Origin: Piromyces finnis finn
Taxonomy: Eukaryota; Fungi; Neocallimastigomycota
NCBI GenBank assembly: GCA_002104945.1
Contig: MCFH01000070.1
Coordinates: forward strand, 62,001-126,000
Length of the DNA stretch: 64,000 nt
Direction of reading: 5' to 3'
A program made the position numbers and the translations under genes. The notes beneath the pieces were generated by a model. That model was not told where the DNA came from. It did not search any database and saw only the letters and a list, made by a program, of their open reading frames with translations. Position 1 is the stretch's first letter. The number at the start of each line of letters is the position of its first letter. Below are positions 13,066 through 25,536 of the stretch, in pieces.

Positions 13066-14788
13066 TTAGTGATGTTGAGGGATAGGATGTAATAAAGTAT
13101 TTATATTTTTTTGAATTCCACTTAATTTAGAGTAACTGGAATCATTCATTTTTCCATATTCATTAACTATATATATATAGGAATTAAATATAATGAATAT
13201 ATATACAAAATAATAATAAGTAAATAATATTATAATATTAATTTTATAATTTTATTTATATTAATATTTTAATTATGTATTATAATATAAATATCATTAT
13301 TATACATGAAAAACTGTTATTTGTAAGTGGTGGTAATAGAGTTTGCGATTTATCAGAAAATTTTTCAAGCGAAATATATGTTGACGAATCCAGTGAATTT
13401 AAGGAACTTGAATTACTCTTTGCAGCTTTGGTTATTTTTTTGTCATTAATCTTTAATTTTCCTTTCCCTTATTTTTATATTATAGAAAGAGGCGATAGAA
13501 ATATATATATATATAATGTATAAATAATAATTATTAAAAAATAAATACATTTAATAGATTTTCATTTAATAAAATATTAATTTGAATAAAATACAGATAT
13601 ATTACCAGTTTCTAATGATTTACTTTTTAAGTTACTTTGCTGCTGTTTTTATTTGTTATATTATTAAAAATTTAAATAGAATTTAGTAAATTATAATTTA
13701 TATGGTTTTAATATAAAATAATATTTGTTTTTCAATATATACAGCTTTATTTAATTTATCTGAAATCGATAAGTCGGATACACTTTTATTATCTTTATTA
13801 AGAATGCTTGATTCACTTTTTGAAAACGAGTTTTGTTTTTTTTTAATCAAATTAACATTTTTTTGAGTTTTTGAATTATTTTTAATTAATTTATTGGTGC
13901 TATAATTTCGATTTATTGATTGTGAACTATTATATGATAATAAAGAATTATTCGAGTTCGACTTCTTTTGATGAAAATAAAATTAATATTCATTAGGTAT
14001 AAAAGTTTATAATATTTAATATTTGTTTACTTTTTAAACTTATATATATATAAATTATATATTACTTGATTCTTTTTATAATCATTTCCATTTTTGTCAA
14101 TTAAATTAATTTGACTATTACTTCCTGAAGAATTCGAACTATTACTTAATGAATTATTTTTTTTACTTTTCTTAGTTGTTAGATTAGAATTGGATAGACT
14201 TATTTTAGATTTTTGTTTAAATTTGTTAATTTGCTTTTGAATATAAGTTGATTTTTTTTTAGACGATAATGTAAAGAAAGATGGTAAAAATAAGCTTGCA
14301 TCACTAGGCATACTTGAAAAATAAAATATTGTTGTATTTTTATTATCTTTATATAATGAAATTAATTCATTTTCATCATCTTCCCCCCAAGAACTTAGCG
14401 TATTATCAAGTATTCCGAACTTATTAATATTATTAATAATTTCACTTTTGCTACTATTATTACTACTACTATTATTATTATTATCGCTAATATCATTATT
14501 AGATGCATTATTATTATTATTATTATTATTATAATTATTATTATTATTGCTATTATTATTATTATTAAAGCACACTTGGGTTAATAATTCTGAATTAGAA
14601 TTAAATTGAAAGGAGGATATTATTTTATCATTATATTGATTAATATACTCCATTTGAATCTTATTGCTGTTTAGCTTAAAAACATCTTTAATGTCATATT
14701 TGTTTTTCTTTTTAAAAGATAATTTATTACTTCTTAACATTATGTTATCTTTTTGAGATAAATCCACTGTAGTATTATCGGCTATCAT
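13066..14788 (-). CDS. Orphan A: hypothetical S/N/K-rich low-complexity protein, about 5 exons
   Basis: The 253-codon ORF (aaaacaATG context) continues through short GT-AG exons near 13990-13740, 13650-13605, 13470-13305 and 13170-13066, ending ...NTLLHPIPQHH*. No recognisable domain. The start codon is uncertain. Confidence 0.55.
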
Positions 14789-15482
14789 TGTTTTACTAAT
14801 CTAATGAATTTTTATATTTCATATAGTTATTATTATTACTTAAAAGCAATTTATTTTTAATATATTATTTTAAAATAGTTTTATTATTTTGTTTTTATTA
14901 ATTAGAATTTATATCATTTTATTAATAAGTCATCAAAATTTTAATTATGAAAAATTAATATAATAGAAAAGAAAAGGGTAATAATATTATCAAAATTTTC
15001 CAATTTAAAATAAAAAAAAATAATAATTTTCTTTTAATAATAAATCTTATTTATTATATTTTTTTTATTTTTAAGGAAAATTATTATTAGTTCATTTTTC
15101 TAATTAATAAAATAAATTATTTACATATATTGAAATGTATTCGAATATATGTTAATAATTCGGAACATTTTAAAATAAATTAAACTTTTGATTTTTTGAC
15201 ATTTTTTATAATAAAAAAATCAATATTTTAAAAAATTGAAAAGTAGAATAAAACTTAATCTACATAATATTTAAAAACAAAAATGGTTTATCTTCTTTAT
15301 AATAAAATGGTAGTATGAATATTAGTCTATAAACCATCATTTATTTATTTATCTTATTTAATTAATATTCATCGAAATTTTTAGTTTAATAAAAATACTC
15401 ATTATTTATTACAATATGTTAATTATAATATTTTTTTTGGTGAAATTAATAATTTAATAATTTTGGTAAAGGTTACACAAAG

Positions 15483-15625
15483 ATAAATAAATAAATAAAT
15501 AAATAACTAAATAAATAAATAAATAAATAACTAAATAAATAAATAAATAAGTAAATAAATAAATAAATAAATAAGTAAATAAGTAAATAACTAAATAAAT
15601 AAGTAAATAAATAAATAAATAAATA
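15483..15625 (+). repeat. (TAAA)n microsatellite with TAAC/TAAG variant units
   Basis: About 140 bp of tandem taaa with periodic taac/taag units. Confidence 0.9.
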
Positions 15626-16118
15626 TTATTTTGTATTTATTAAATGAAGAATATAAATATTTTTTTCCCATAAAATATTGATATTTATTCAAAGATATTA
15701 TAATTATTATTTTTTTTTTTAAAAAAAAAAAAAGAAAAAGAAAAAAAAAAACAATAATAATTATAAAAAAAAAAAAAAAGAAAAAAAGAAAAAGAAAATC
15801 AAAGGATAAATTTTATAGAAATAAAAAATAAAATAAAATTATAATACTATAAATTTAAAATAAAAAACTAATATAGAATAAACAATACTTCTATAAATAT
15901 TTTGTAAACAGACTTTGAAAAGATTACAAACTATACTTAGCATTTAATAAAAATAATTACAATAAAGATTAATTTACTTAAATCATTTTCAACTAAATTA
16001 TCTATTATAGTATAATATTATAAAACAACTAAATAATAATTGTAAAAACTGTTTTTTTTTTTTTTTTTTTTTTTTTTGAATTGATTTTTTAATATTTGTT
16101 AAAACAGCAAATTACTTT

Positions 16119-17740
16119 ATGGATTTATTTACAGCTATAGCGAACGAAGAAAAAGAATGGACAGTAAAGTAATATTATATATTAAAATTTACAACGAAAT
16201 ACATTATAAAATAAAATATTTAAATTAATTTTAATAAATATTTTATTATTATTATATACATTTATTTAATAATATTATAAAAATCAACAGTGATATTGGA
16301 AGAAATTCAATTTCAGAAATTCATAATAATCCAAATGATCCAAATAAATTATTAAATAACCAGAAGCAAATAAATTATGATTCACCTGTAATACCAACAA
16401 CAACAATAAGAAAAGTTAAAAAAACAGAATTTCAAAAATATTCAACGTCAATTTCAGATGAATATGAAATCTACAATGAAAATTTACATAGGAAAGTAGA
16501 AAATCCTAAAAAAGATAAAGGAAAAGAAACTGATGATGTTACAAGTCAATTAAAATCAATTATACCAGAAATTTTTTTTCAACAAGATTTTAATTTGGAA
16601 AATCCTATAATATTTAATCAAGTTTGTGAAAATGTAAATATATCTTCAGATGTCATATTTGATATGGAAGCAAATAATATATTACAGGAACAATTATCAA
16701 ATTATTTGGATATAGTAGAAATCAATTTAATGTCAGAAATATCAAAAAAAAGAGAATCATTCTTTTCAGCATTATCAAGTTTGAAAACATTATATAAAGA
16801 AATTGATGATTGTGTTGATGAGATTAAAAATTTGAAAATCCAACTTAATGATGTATCAAAATATGAAACTCAAAAAGGTTTAGAAGTAGTTTCCATGAAA
16901 AACCAACGCGTAAATTTAGAAAATTTATATAATGGTATAAGACTTTTATCAGAAGTAAGACAAACTCAACCAACAATTCAAATATTGTTAGGTCAAAATG
17001 ATTATATTGGTGCATTAGATTTAATTGAAGAAACAAATAATGCTTTAAGAGGTTATAATTACCAGTCATCTAATGGAACTGGAAATATCAATAATATGAA
17101 TAAAAATAATAAATTTACTTTAAATAATAGTCCAACGACATTAAGATCACCAATATCAATTTTATCATCAAATACTTATGCAAATAGTAATTATTCATTC
17201 CCGTTAGATTTAAGAGGTGTTAAAGGATTAAAAAATATTAATAGTCAATTAATAGAAATGTCAAAAGCAATTGAAATGATGATGCAAAATGAATTTGTTC
17301 AAGTTTTAATGGATGATATTTATAATGTACATAATTATAAGTCCAAAAAATCATCAAACTCCTCTGACCTACAAAAAGAAAGTAGCACTAATAGTTTATT
17401 TTCAGATACAGATGATAAACCATTAATTATAATTAGAACATTAATAAATGATAATATTGATGAAATCCCTAATACTGAGGAATTAGTTATTGATGAAGAA
17501 ATGCTATATACAAAATTATCTCCGCTTATTTTTGGATTATTACGTACTAATAAATTTTTAGCTGCATTTTTATCATTCAAAAATGAAATTCAAGAAAAAT
17601 TCACTGATATAATAAAAAAGGTATATAAAATTTTTTTCATTCATTTTATCAAGTTTAATATAATATAATATAATATAATATAATATAATATAATATAATA
17701 AATAAATAAATGAATAAATAAATAAATAATGATAATGATA

Positions 17741-17812
<72 letters not shown>

Positions 17813-20788
17813 TTTCAAAAGAAATTTTCTTCATTGTATGAGGTACCTCCAGATATTGCAGCTAAACTTAAATCCGAAAATATAACAGAAGAAACGTAAA
17901 AATATATGAAATTATAATAATACTATACATTAAGGTTACAATCTAAATAATAACTATATTAAATAATATTTTTCTTATTATATTTTTATATACACACATA
18001 TATAATAGTATGGCATTAAATAAAATAAAAAATCTATCATTTGAAGAATATTACGCTCTCCTAGATAAATATTATCTATATATATTATCTCTAATAAGAC
18101 GTATATCAATTATAAAATGCTTAATTAATGATATAATAGAACAAGCAGAAAAGAAAAATATTACAATTGGAACAATAAAGGAAGAAAGTCAAGTAATAGC
18201 AAATAATCAAGATTCTCTACATATAAATACTGATAAGAATACATTAGAAAGTGATTATAAAACTAAATATAAATCTAATCAAGATTATAATAGAATAAAG
18301 AAAGAATTCATTACTCTTGTTAATCAAATTGTAGATGTATTTTATGGTAATTGTAGTAGAATGTTAACAATTAGATCCGAAAAAAATAGTCAGTTGTCTT
18401 CAATTAACTTCAATAGACTCTATAGTATAAATATAGAATTTATTAATGCTAGTGAAAAATTAACAAAAAGATCATATTTAACTTTAAAATCTAATATTTT
18501 ATCACAAGCTAAGACTTATATAAATTCATTCCATAACAAGAAGATAAAACAAATGGTAAATGATATAGAAACTGATCAGTGGGTACCAGCAGAAATTACT
18601 GAAAATAATCAAGAAGTTATAAACAGAATTACTCAGAATGAATGGAGTTCTATCGCAGAATTAAGTACAATCGGCAGTTTAACAGCATCAACAAGTTCAA
18701 GTCAAAAAAGTTCAATAGAACTCATTAATAAAAATAGTAAAAAGATTATTAATCGATCACTTTTTATTGAAAAGAAAAAATATATTGTTGCTGCATGCAC
18801 TTTAACATTTATTAATACATTAAGTGAATATATTGGTTGTGCTGAAACAATACCAATTTTAACTATTGATATTATTAACTCAATCTATTCTTTACTTCAA
18901 GTATTTAACTCCAAAGTATGCCAAATTATTATTGGTGGTGGTGCAGTTACATCAGGTGGTCTAAAATACATTGCTGCTAAACATTTAGGTATAATATTTT
19001 ATAAGGTATTAAATATTTATGAAATAAATTAAAATTAAATATAATTTTTCAACTTTTTAGCTCTTGCATCAAGATCATTGGGGGCTGTAAGAGCTCTTAT
19101 CCCATATATTAAGAACTTTTTGCAATCAAAATTATTAGCTAAACAATTAGTTTTGTTAAATGATTTAGATCGTTATTCTAAGGTAAAAATGATGTAATTT
19201 ATACAAATAGTTTGTCAAAATTAAATATTAAAATAAATTATATAAAATATTATATTATGAATAAAAGGATTATGAAAATCATCAAGATGAAATTTATGAT
19301 AAATTAATATCAATAATGAATGGAAAATTGGAATCTCATTGTAAATCTTTTCAGGTAAATATATTTATATAAAACAATAAAAATGTATAAAAATTGAAAT
19401 AGTTTTTTAAATTTAAACTTTATAATAGGGAATGGATTGGGAATTACCTGAAGTTCCAACTCAGCCTAATGTATATATGCTATTGATGGTTAAAGATTTA
19501 ACTTCATTATACAGACTGTTAAGTAAAATTATTCCAATAGAAGTATTACAGGTATACCTATAATTAATTATTAATAAAAATAAATTTATAATATAAAGTA
19601 ATTTATAGATTATAAATATTTTAATTTAATATTCTTGTATTAATTTATAAAAATAAATTTAATATAATAATTAAAAAGCAAATCATGAAAGAAGTTTTAA
19701 CAAGCTATTCAACAAGATTAGAAAGAGAATTGGGGAACATTGAAATTTATAGTAGTAATGCAAAAAATAGATTATTAATTGATTTTCAATATTATATTCA
19801 AAAATTATCTTTATTAGATGGTATCGATGGTCCAGGAAATCGTTTAGAAGTTGTAGTTAATAATATAACTATTAAAGAAAAGATGCCAACTCTTGAGCAA
19901 AAAGCAATTATTAATGAATATATTAGACAATCATTTGATTCAGGAAGTAGAAGATCTTCAATTTATGATGAAAACTCTTCCAGTTATTCCAATTCATCAT
20001 TAATAGTAGGAAAGAATGATGAAGGCTTACTTGAAAGTGAAAAACTCTCAAATTCTCCTCTTAATATTGGAAATAATTCAAATGAAGAATACGAAAGAGT
20101 TTCAGTAGATAATATAAGTCAAGATGAATTAAATTTAGATAATGGAAATGAAATTATTACAACTCAGAATATTGAGAATTTAGGTAATAATAATAATAAT
20201 AGCGATTATATATCATCTTCACATAATCAAAGCATTTCATTTAATAGTAATAAGGATGAATCTAGTGATTATGATAATTCTAATACTAATACAGTGATGA
20301 ACAATGAAAATTATCAATTAAATATTGATAATGATAACAATAACAATAACAGTAGTGATAATAATAATGATAGAAATAATAATAATAATGGTGTTGATGA
20401 ACAAGGTATGGTAATAAGTGCATTAAATTCCTCAGGTTATGGAAATGGGGAATCAAGCTACTTTAACAAAAGACATAATAGTGTTCCAAATAATAATTAT
20501 TATAGTTCTAATATCGACCCAACAGGGAGTTCTATGTATGATAGAAAAAATTCTTATTCTGAAGAAAGAAACCAAAATTTCGTCGAAAGGAAGAACTCAT
20601 ATACAATAAATAAAAATACATTTTCTGTATTATCAAAAAATGTAAAAAAATTTGGTAGTGAAATAAAGAAACATTACCATAGTAATAATAATTCAATGGA
20701 AGCTTTATTTGGATTGGATAAAACAATTTCAAAATCTAATTCAACTAAATCTTTACCATCTGATTCTCATATGTTAGAAAATGAATAA
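16119..20788 (+). CDS. VPS54: GARP complex subunit Vps54
   Basis: LQEQLSNYLDIVEINLMSEISKKRESFFSAL coiled-coil motif; Vps54 C-terminal domain (FNSKVCQIIIGGGAV...KHLALASRSLG...LPEVPTQPNVYMLLMVKDL). The first exon 16119-16168 splices in phase to 16291. About 8 exons; stop at 20788. Confidence 0.92.
17655..17810 (+). repeat. Compound microsatellite (ATAAT)n-(AATA)n-(GATAAT)n-(AAT)n in VPS54 intron
   Basis: Read directly; it fills most of intron 17621-17821. Confidence 0.9.
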
Positions 20789-20844
20789 TAAAATAAATAT
20801 TTAAATTTAATAAGTAAAGAAATACCAAAAAAAAAAAAAAAAAA

Positions 20845-20920
20845 ATAAAAAATAAAAATAAAAATAAAAATAAAAATAAAAATAAAAATAAAAATAAGAA
20901 TAAGGATAAAATAAAAATAA
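20845..20920 (+). repeat. (AAAAAT/AAAAT)n tandem repeat downstream of VPS54
   Basis: aaaaataaaaataaaaat... read directly. Confidence 0.8.
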
Positions 20921-21280
20921 AATAAATAATTAAAAATTAAAATAGAACAATAATTAATTTAATAAATATCATATTTAAATATATATATTATATATATTAA
21001 GATATATCACAATTATAATAAATAAAAAAATGAAAATGATATATATATATATATTTTTCAGTTTTATTATATATTTTTAATAAATAAATTATAATATTTT
21101 ATTAATATGTATATTATACTGGTATATTATACTGTATATATATATTTATTTATTTATGTATGTATGATTTTTATAACAATAGATATTGCAATTATTTATA
21201 ATATTTAATTTTCTTTTTTTTTTTTTTTTTTTTTTCATTATATTATTATTTATTCCAAAATACATTACTGCAATTTAATG

Positions 21281-24200
21281 TTATATCCTAACCAATTTAT
21301 CATTTTTGAATAATGGGTTATTTTTGGTCAATTGAATTTTACCTTGATGTTTATAATCATATGTACATTTATGACTATCACTATACCTATGAATAGAACA
21401 AAATGTATTACCACATTTGCATTTAAACCCTGACATTAATCCAAGTTTTTTATTACATATATGACATTTTGTACTTGTATTTTGAGAACTTATTGCCAAT
21501 GGGTTGTTTTTATTATTTTTATGCGTAATATTAATGCTATTACTTATAATATTAACATTATTATTATGACTATTGTTATTAATGCTATTTCTTTTATTTA
21601 TTACATTATTAATATTAGTTTCATCATCATTACTTATACTACAATTATTGCCAATATTAATATTATTGTAATGATTTATTTTTGAATCGTTAATATTTTC
21701 TATTGTTGTTTCTAAAATATTTCCTTTCAATATTCTCTCTTTGTTATTTTCTTTTATATTTGAAATATCATAATAATTATTAATAAATGAATTATACATT
21801 GATTTATTTTCTAATAATGACTTATTATTATTCCTATTCTCTCCAGTATTAATGACTTCAGGAATTTCTTTAAGTTCGTTATTAAAAATCTGATTATCCT
21901 TATTTTTATCTAATGATAGTTTTTCATAATTTGTATAATCTATATCGTATGAATTTATATTTCCATTGCTAATTTCTGGCAGTAAAGATATTTTTTCATT
22001 TGATGAATTATTTATTGAAATATTATTTTTATTGGTATTAATATCATTAATACTAAAATAACTTAATTTTTTTGATAAATTAAATTCAAGATCATCTAAG
22101 ATATTTATTTTGTTTTCTTCGTTTGATAAATAGTCATATTGAATGTCTTCTTCAATATCCTCTAACTCATTATTTTCATGTTGGGTATTCTTTTTAGTTG
22201 CATCCATTAAAACATCATCTGGGAGTAATTGGGTAAAATTATCATCAATTTTATCTTTATCTTCTTCTAGAATTTCATCTATCAAACATTTATCTTGTTG
22301 ATTAGTTTGTTGACTCTTTTTTACTTTTTCTAGGTATTCCTTATGAAATTTTGAATTAACCCAAAGATTTGATAAAACCATCTGATATTGTTTTGTTGAC
22401 TTTGAGATTTCAATAGCTGAGGATGGTCGAGTTTTTGGTACAACCATAAAAGGAAAAATGTTATTTTCTATTGGGGTAATACATATCGCTGTTGATGGTC
22501 TAGTAGATAAATTTGATTTTTCATTGGAACTTAATAAATTTGATGGAAGAGTATTAGGTAAATCCCAAGAAAGATGAGGAGGAATTGTTGACATGTAATT
22601 GTATTTAGTTTGATTGTTAAAATTATTTGAAATTGTAATTGTACCCAATTCTTGTATATCTAAATATGGTGAAAATGGCTTTTTTGTTTTATTAGATGGA
22701 TCCTTATTTGTAGAGATATTGTAGTTAAAATTTTTATTTCTATACTCTAAAGATTCAAAAGAATTTTCATCATTCTCTGAATTTAAATACATATTTAAAA
22801 ACTGTTGACTTTTATTAATAGTTTCCCGAAAGGATGCAGCAGCAGCTGTACATTCTTGAATTAAGGAGGATAAACTAGAATCGGATTCTGCTGATGAAGG
22901 TCGAGAAGGAAAGGAAATGTTGGTATCGAATGATTGATTAGAACAACTTCCTAAAACTGATGGAGGCCTATGTATATAATTATGAAATATATTATAGTTT
23001 TCATTATATATAGTGTCATTTTCCGCATCGCTATCCAAAAAAAGATGTTTTTTAATTTTTGACTCTAATGAATTAATGACAGATGAATTAATATTAGACA
23101 TTGATATTTCCTCCGGCTTATATTCATCATCTGTATTTATTATGTTACTTTGTAATAAACTATTATTATCATCTAGATATTCATTTTTCATATTATTTTC
23201 AGATTGCTTTATAACACTATTTTTATTATTAATTATATCCCAATCATTTTTATTAAATTTAGAATTATCATTTATATTATCTAAATTTTGAACAGCAAGT
23301 GTCACATTATATCCTAAAAGTGTCGAGGCTATGGCTCTTTTTTCAATATCTTGAACAATTTCAGGGCTTAATAAATTATTACTTAATCCATCTGTTTTAA
23401 TATCTGTATTTTGATTAATTTTTTGTGTTTTACCTGTAGTACTGTTTAAATGAGACATATAATTTACTTTTTTATTTGAATAATCCTTATTATCTTGGCT
23501 ATTTTGATATTCATTGGTTACATATTGATTATTGTTATCAATTTGAAATACCTTTTTTGGTATTAATGATTGACTTGGATCTTCATTTGGATTAATTTCG
23601 AAAATTAATAATTCATTATTTTTTTTACATAAAAGTAAAATTACTGTATCACATATTTTTTTCTTTTTTATATTCCCTACAGCACCAGGACCTTCACAAT
23701 ATCATTGTTATTTTTTATTAATAATAGATAAATGTTAATTTTTTATTATTAATTTAAATTTATAATTCTTAAATATAAGTAATTTAATTAATAAAATTCT
23801 TTTAATAAAATTAAGTTTTTATAGTTTTGTTCTTTTTATTTTTTTTTTTTTTATTTAATAAAATAGAAAATACGCAAAAAAGGATAAAATACATAGAAAA
23901 ATTCATATAATGTTATATTAATAATATTAATATCGATCAAAATAAATAATTATTCATTATTATTAAATATAATGGTTAATCAACAAATTTTTATGTATTT
24001 ATACCTTTTTTATGTTAATTAAATTTATATAACATATATATTTTTATATAAATCAAAATATCATTAATATTATTATATTTACCTCCCGACATTTGTAATG
24101 CCAATTTTAATGTTGCACCATCCTGTAAGTTGTAATCACGTAATGTATAATTGTCATTTATTAAACTTTTTCCTTGGTAAATTAATATTTGTGATTCTTT

Positions 24201-24967
24201 AAGAATACCTTCTCTCTCTTGTATTATTTCTTTTAAGTCAGCAATTGTGTCTGTCCAAAATGCCTCTACTTGAAAATATTTACCTGTTAATGTTCCAATA
24301 TTTAATATAACAGCTTTGTCTTTAAAAAATAACTTTAAATTATTATTATTAGAATTGTTTTGATTATCTTGCTGTTGTTGTTGCTGCTCCATTTGCATTT
24401 TTTTATTTTTCATTTTAACTGTTTCACAATATTTTCTATGGACAGCTCTTTGTATAGGCGATAAATTCTTAACAGATTCACTTGTTGAATTAGATGAATT
24501 AGATAAACTTGTCGATGTACTTGTGAAAGAGGATGAAGAAGCTGCCGACAAACAATTTCTTTTTGGTTCTGTTTCTAATTTGCATTCTGGTGTTGCTTTT
24601 ATAACGGACTCATTTTGTGATGAAATATTTTGTGAAGTTTTTTTAACTATTTTAGTTTTTAAATTAATATTTTCTTTATTACTACTTAATTCATGCTTAT
24701 CGTCTTTTTTCTTTAAAGATATTTCTTTCTTTTTTTTTGTATTATCATCTTTTGATACAGAATGATTCCTATCTTTTAGTAATGTATTAGTGCTATTGAC
24801 TACATAAAAAAAAAACATTTTATAAAATAAATTTTAATTTTATTTATTATTTTATTTATAATATTTTTTGTAATAATATCTAATAAATTATTACCTTTAT
24901 TAATTTTCTTTACTGTTCTAGTTTTATTGCTAATGTTTGATTTGCTCGATGCTATTTTTTTTACCAT
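21281..24967 (-). CDS. ZFAND4: Ubiquitin-like plus AN1 zinc finger protein (ZFAND4/ANUBL1-like)
   Basis: Exons 24967-24895, 24799-24083 and 23691-21281 join in frame. The UBL domain (IGTLTGKYFQVEAFWTDTIADLKEIIQEREGI...LQDGATLKLALQMSGG|P) ends with the GGP seen in ZFAND4. C-terminal AN1 finger: KCHICNKKLGLMSGFKCKCGNTFCSIHRYSDSHKCTYDYK. Confidence 0.8.
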
Positions 24968-25536
24968 TTTTAATAAAAACCAATATTTATAATTTAATTA
25001 ACACATTAAATAATTAAACAATTCTTCTTATATGAATGAAGATGAAAAATATTTAAAATATATTTTTATTTTTTTTTTATTTTATTATTAAAGAAAAAAA
25101 AAAAAAAGTTTTTAGACTAAAAATCAATTGATTATTTATTGAAATACTTTCATTTTTATCTTTTATAATTTTAAAATTTTAAAAAGTTGAATCATTATAT
25201 TATTAAAGTTTGTGATTACTACATTAATTATTGTATTATCTAATGTATACATTAACTAGAAATTAAATTAAAAAAAAAAATTATAAAAAATAAAAAATTT
25301 ATATAATATTATAAATCAATGAGCTTTACATATCTTAAAATTTTTTTCTATTATTTTAAATTTTTGAAATTTCAAATTTAATTTCAAAATTTCATTAGAT
25401 TTTTTTTTTTTTTTTTTTTTATTTAAATAAAAATACTTTTATTTTTCTTCTTCTAATATTTTAAAGATTATAAATATACTATTATTATTATATTAATATA
25501 ATTATATCCATTAAATTAAAAATAAAATTTCTTAAC

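Noticed and set aside
17573-17818. Poly-Tyr/His ORF
   Set aside because: It is the reverse complement of the intronic (AAT)n/(GATAAT)n microsatellite in VPS54.
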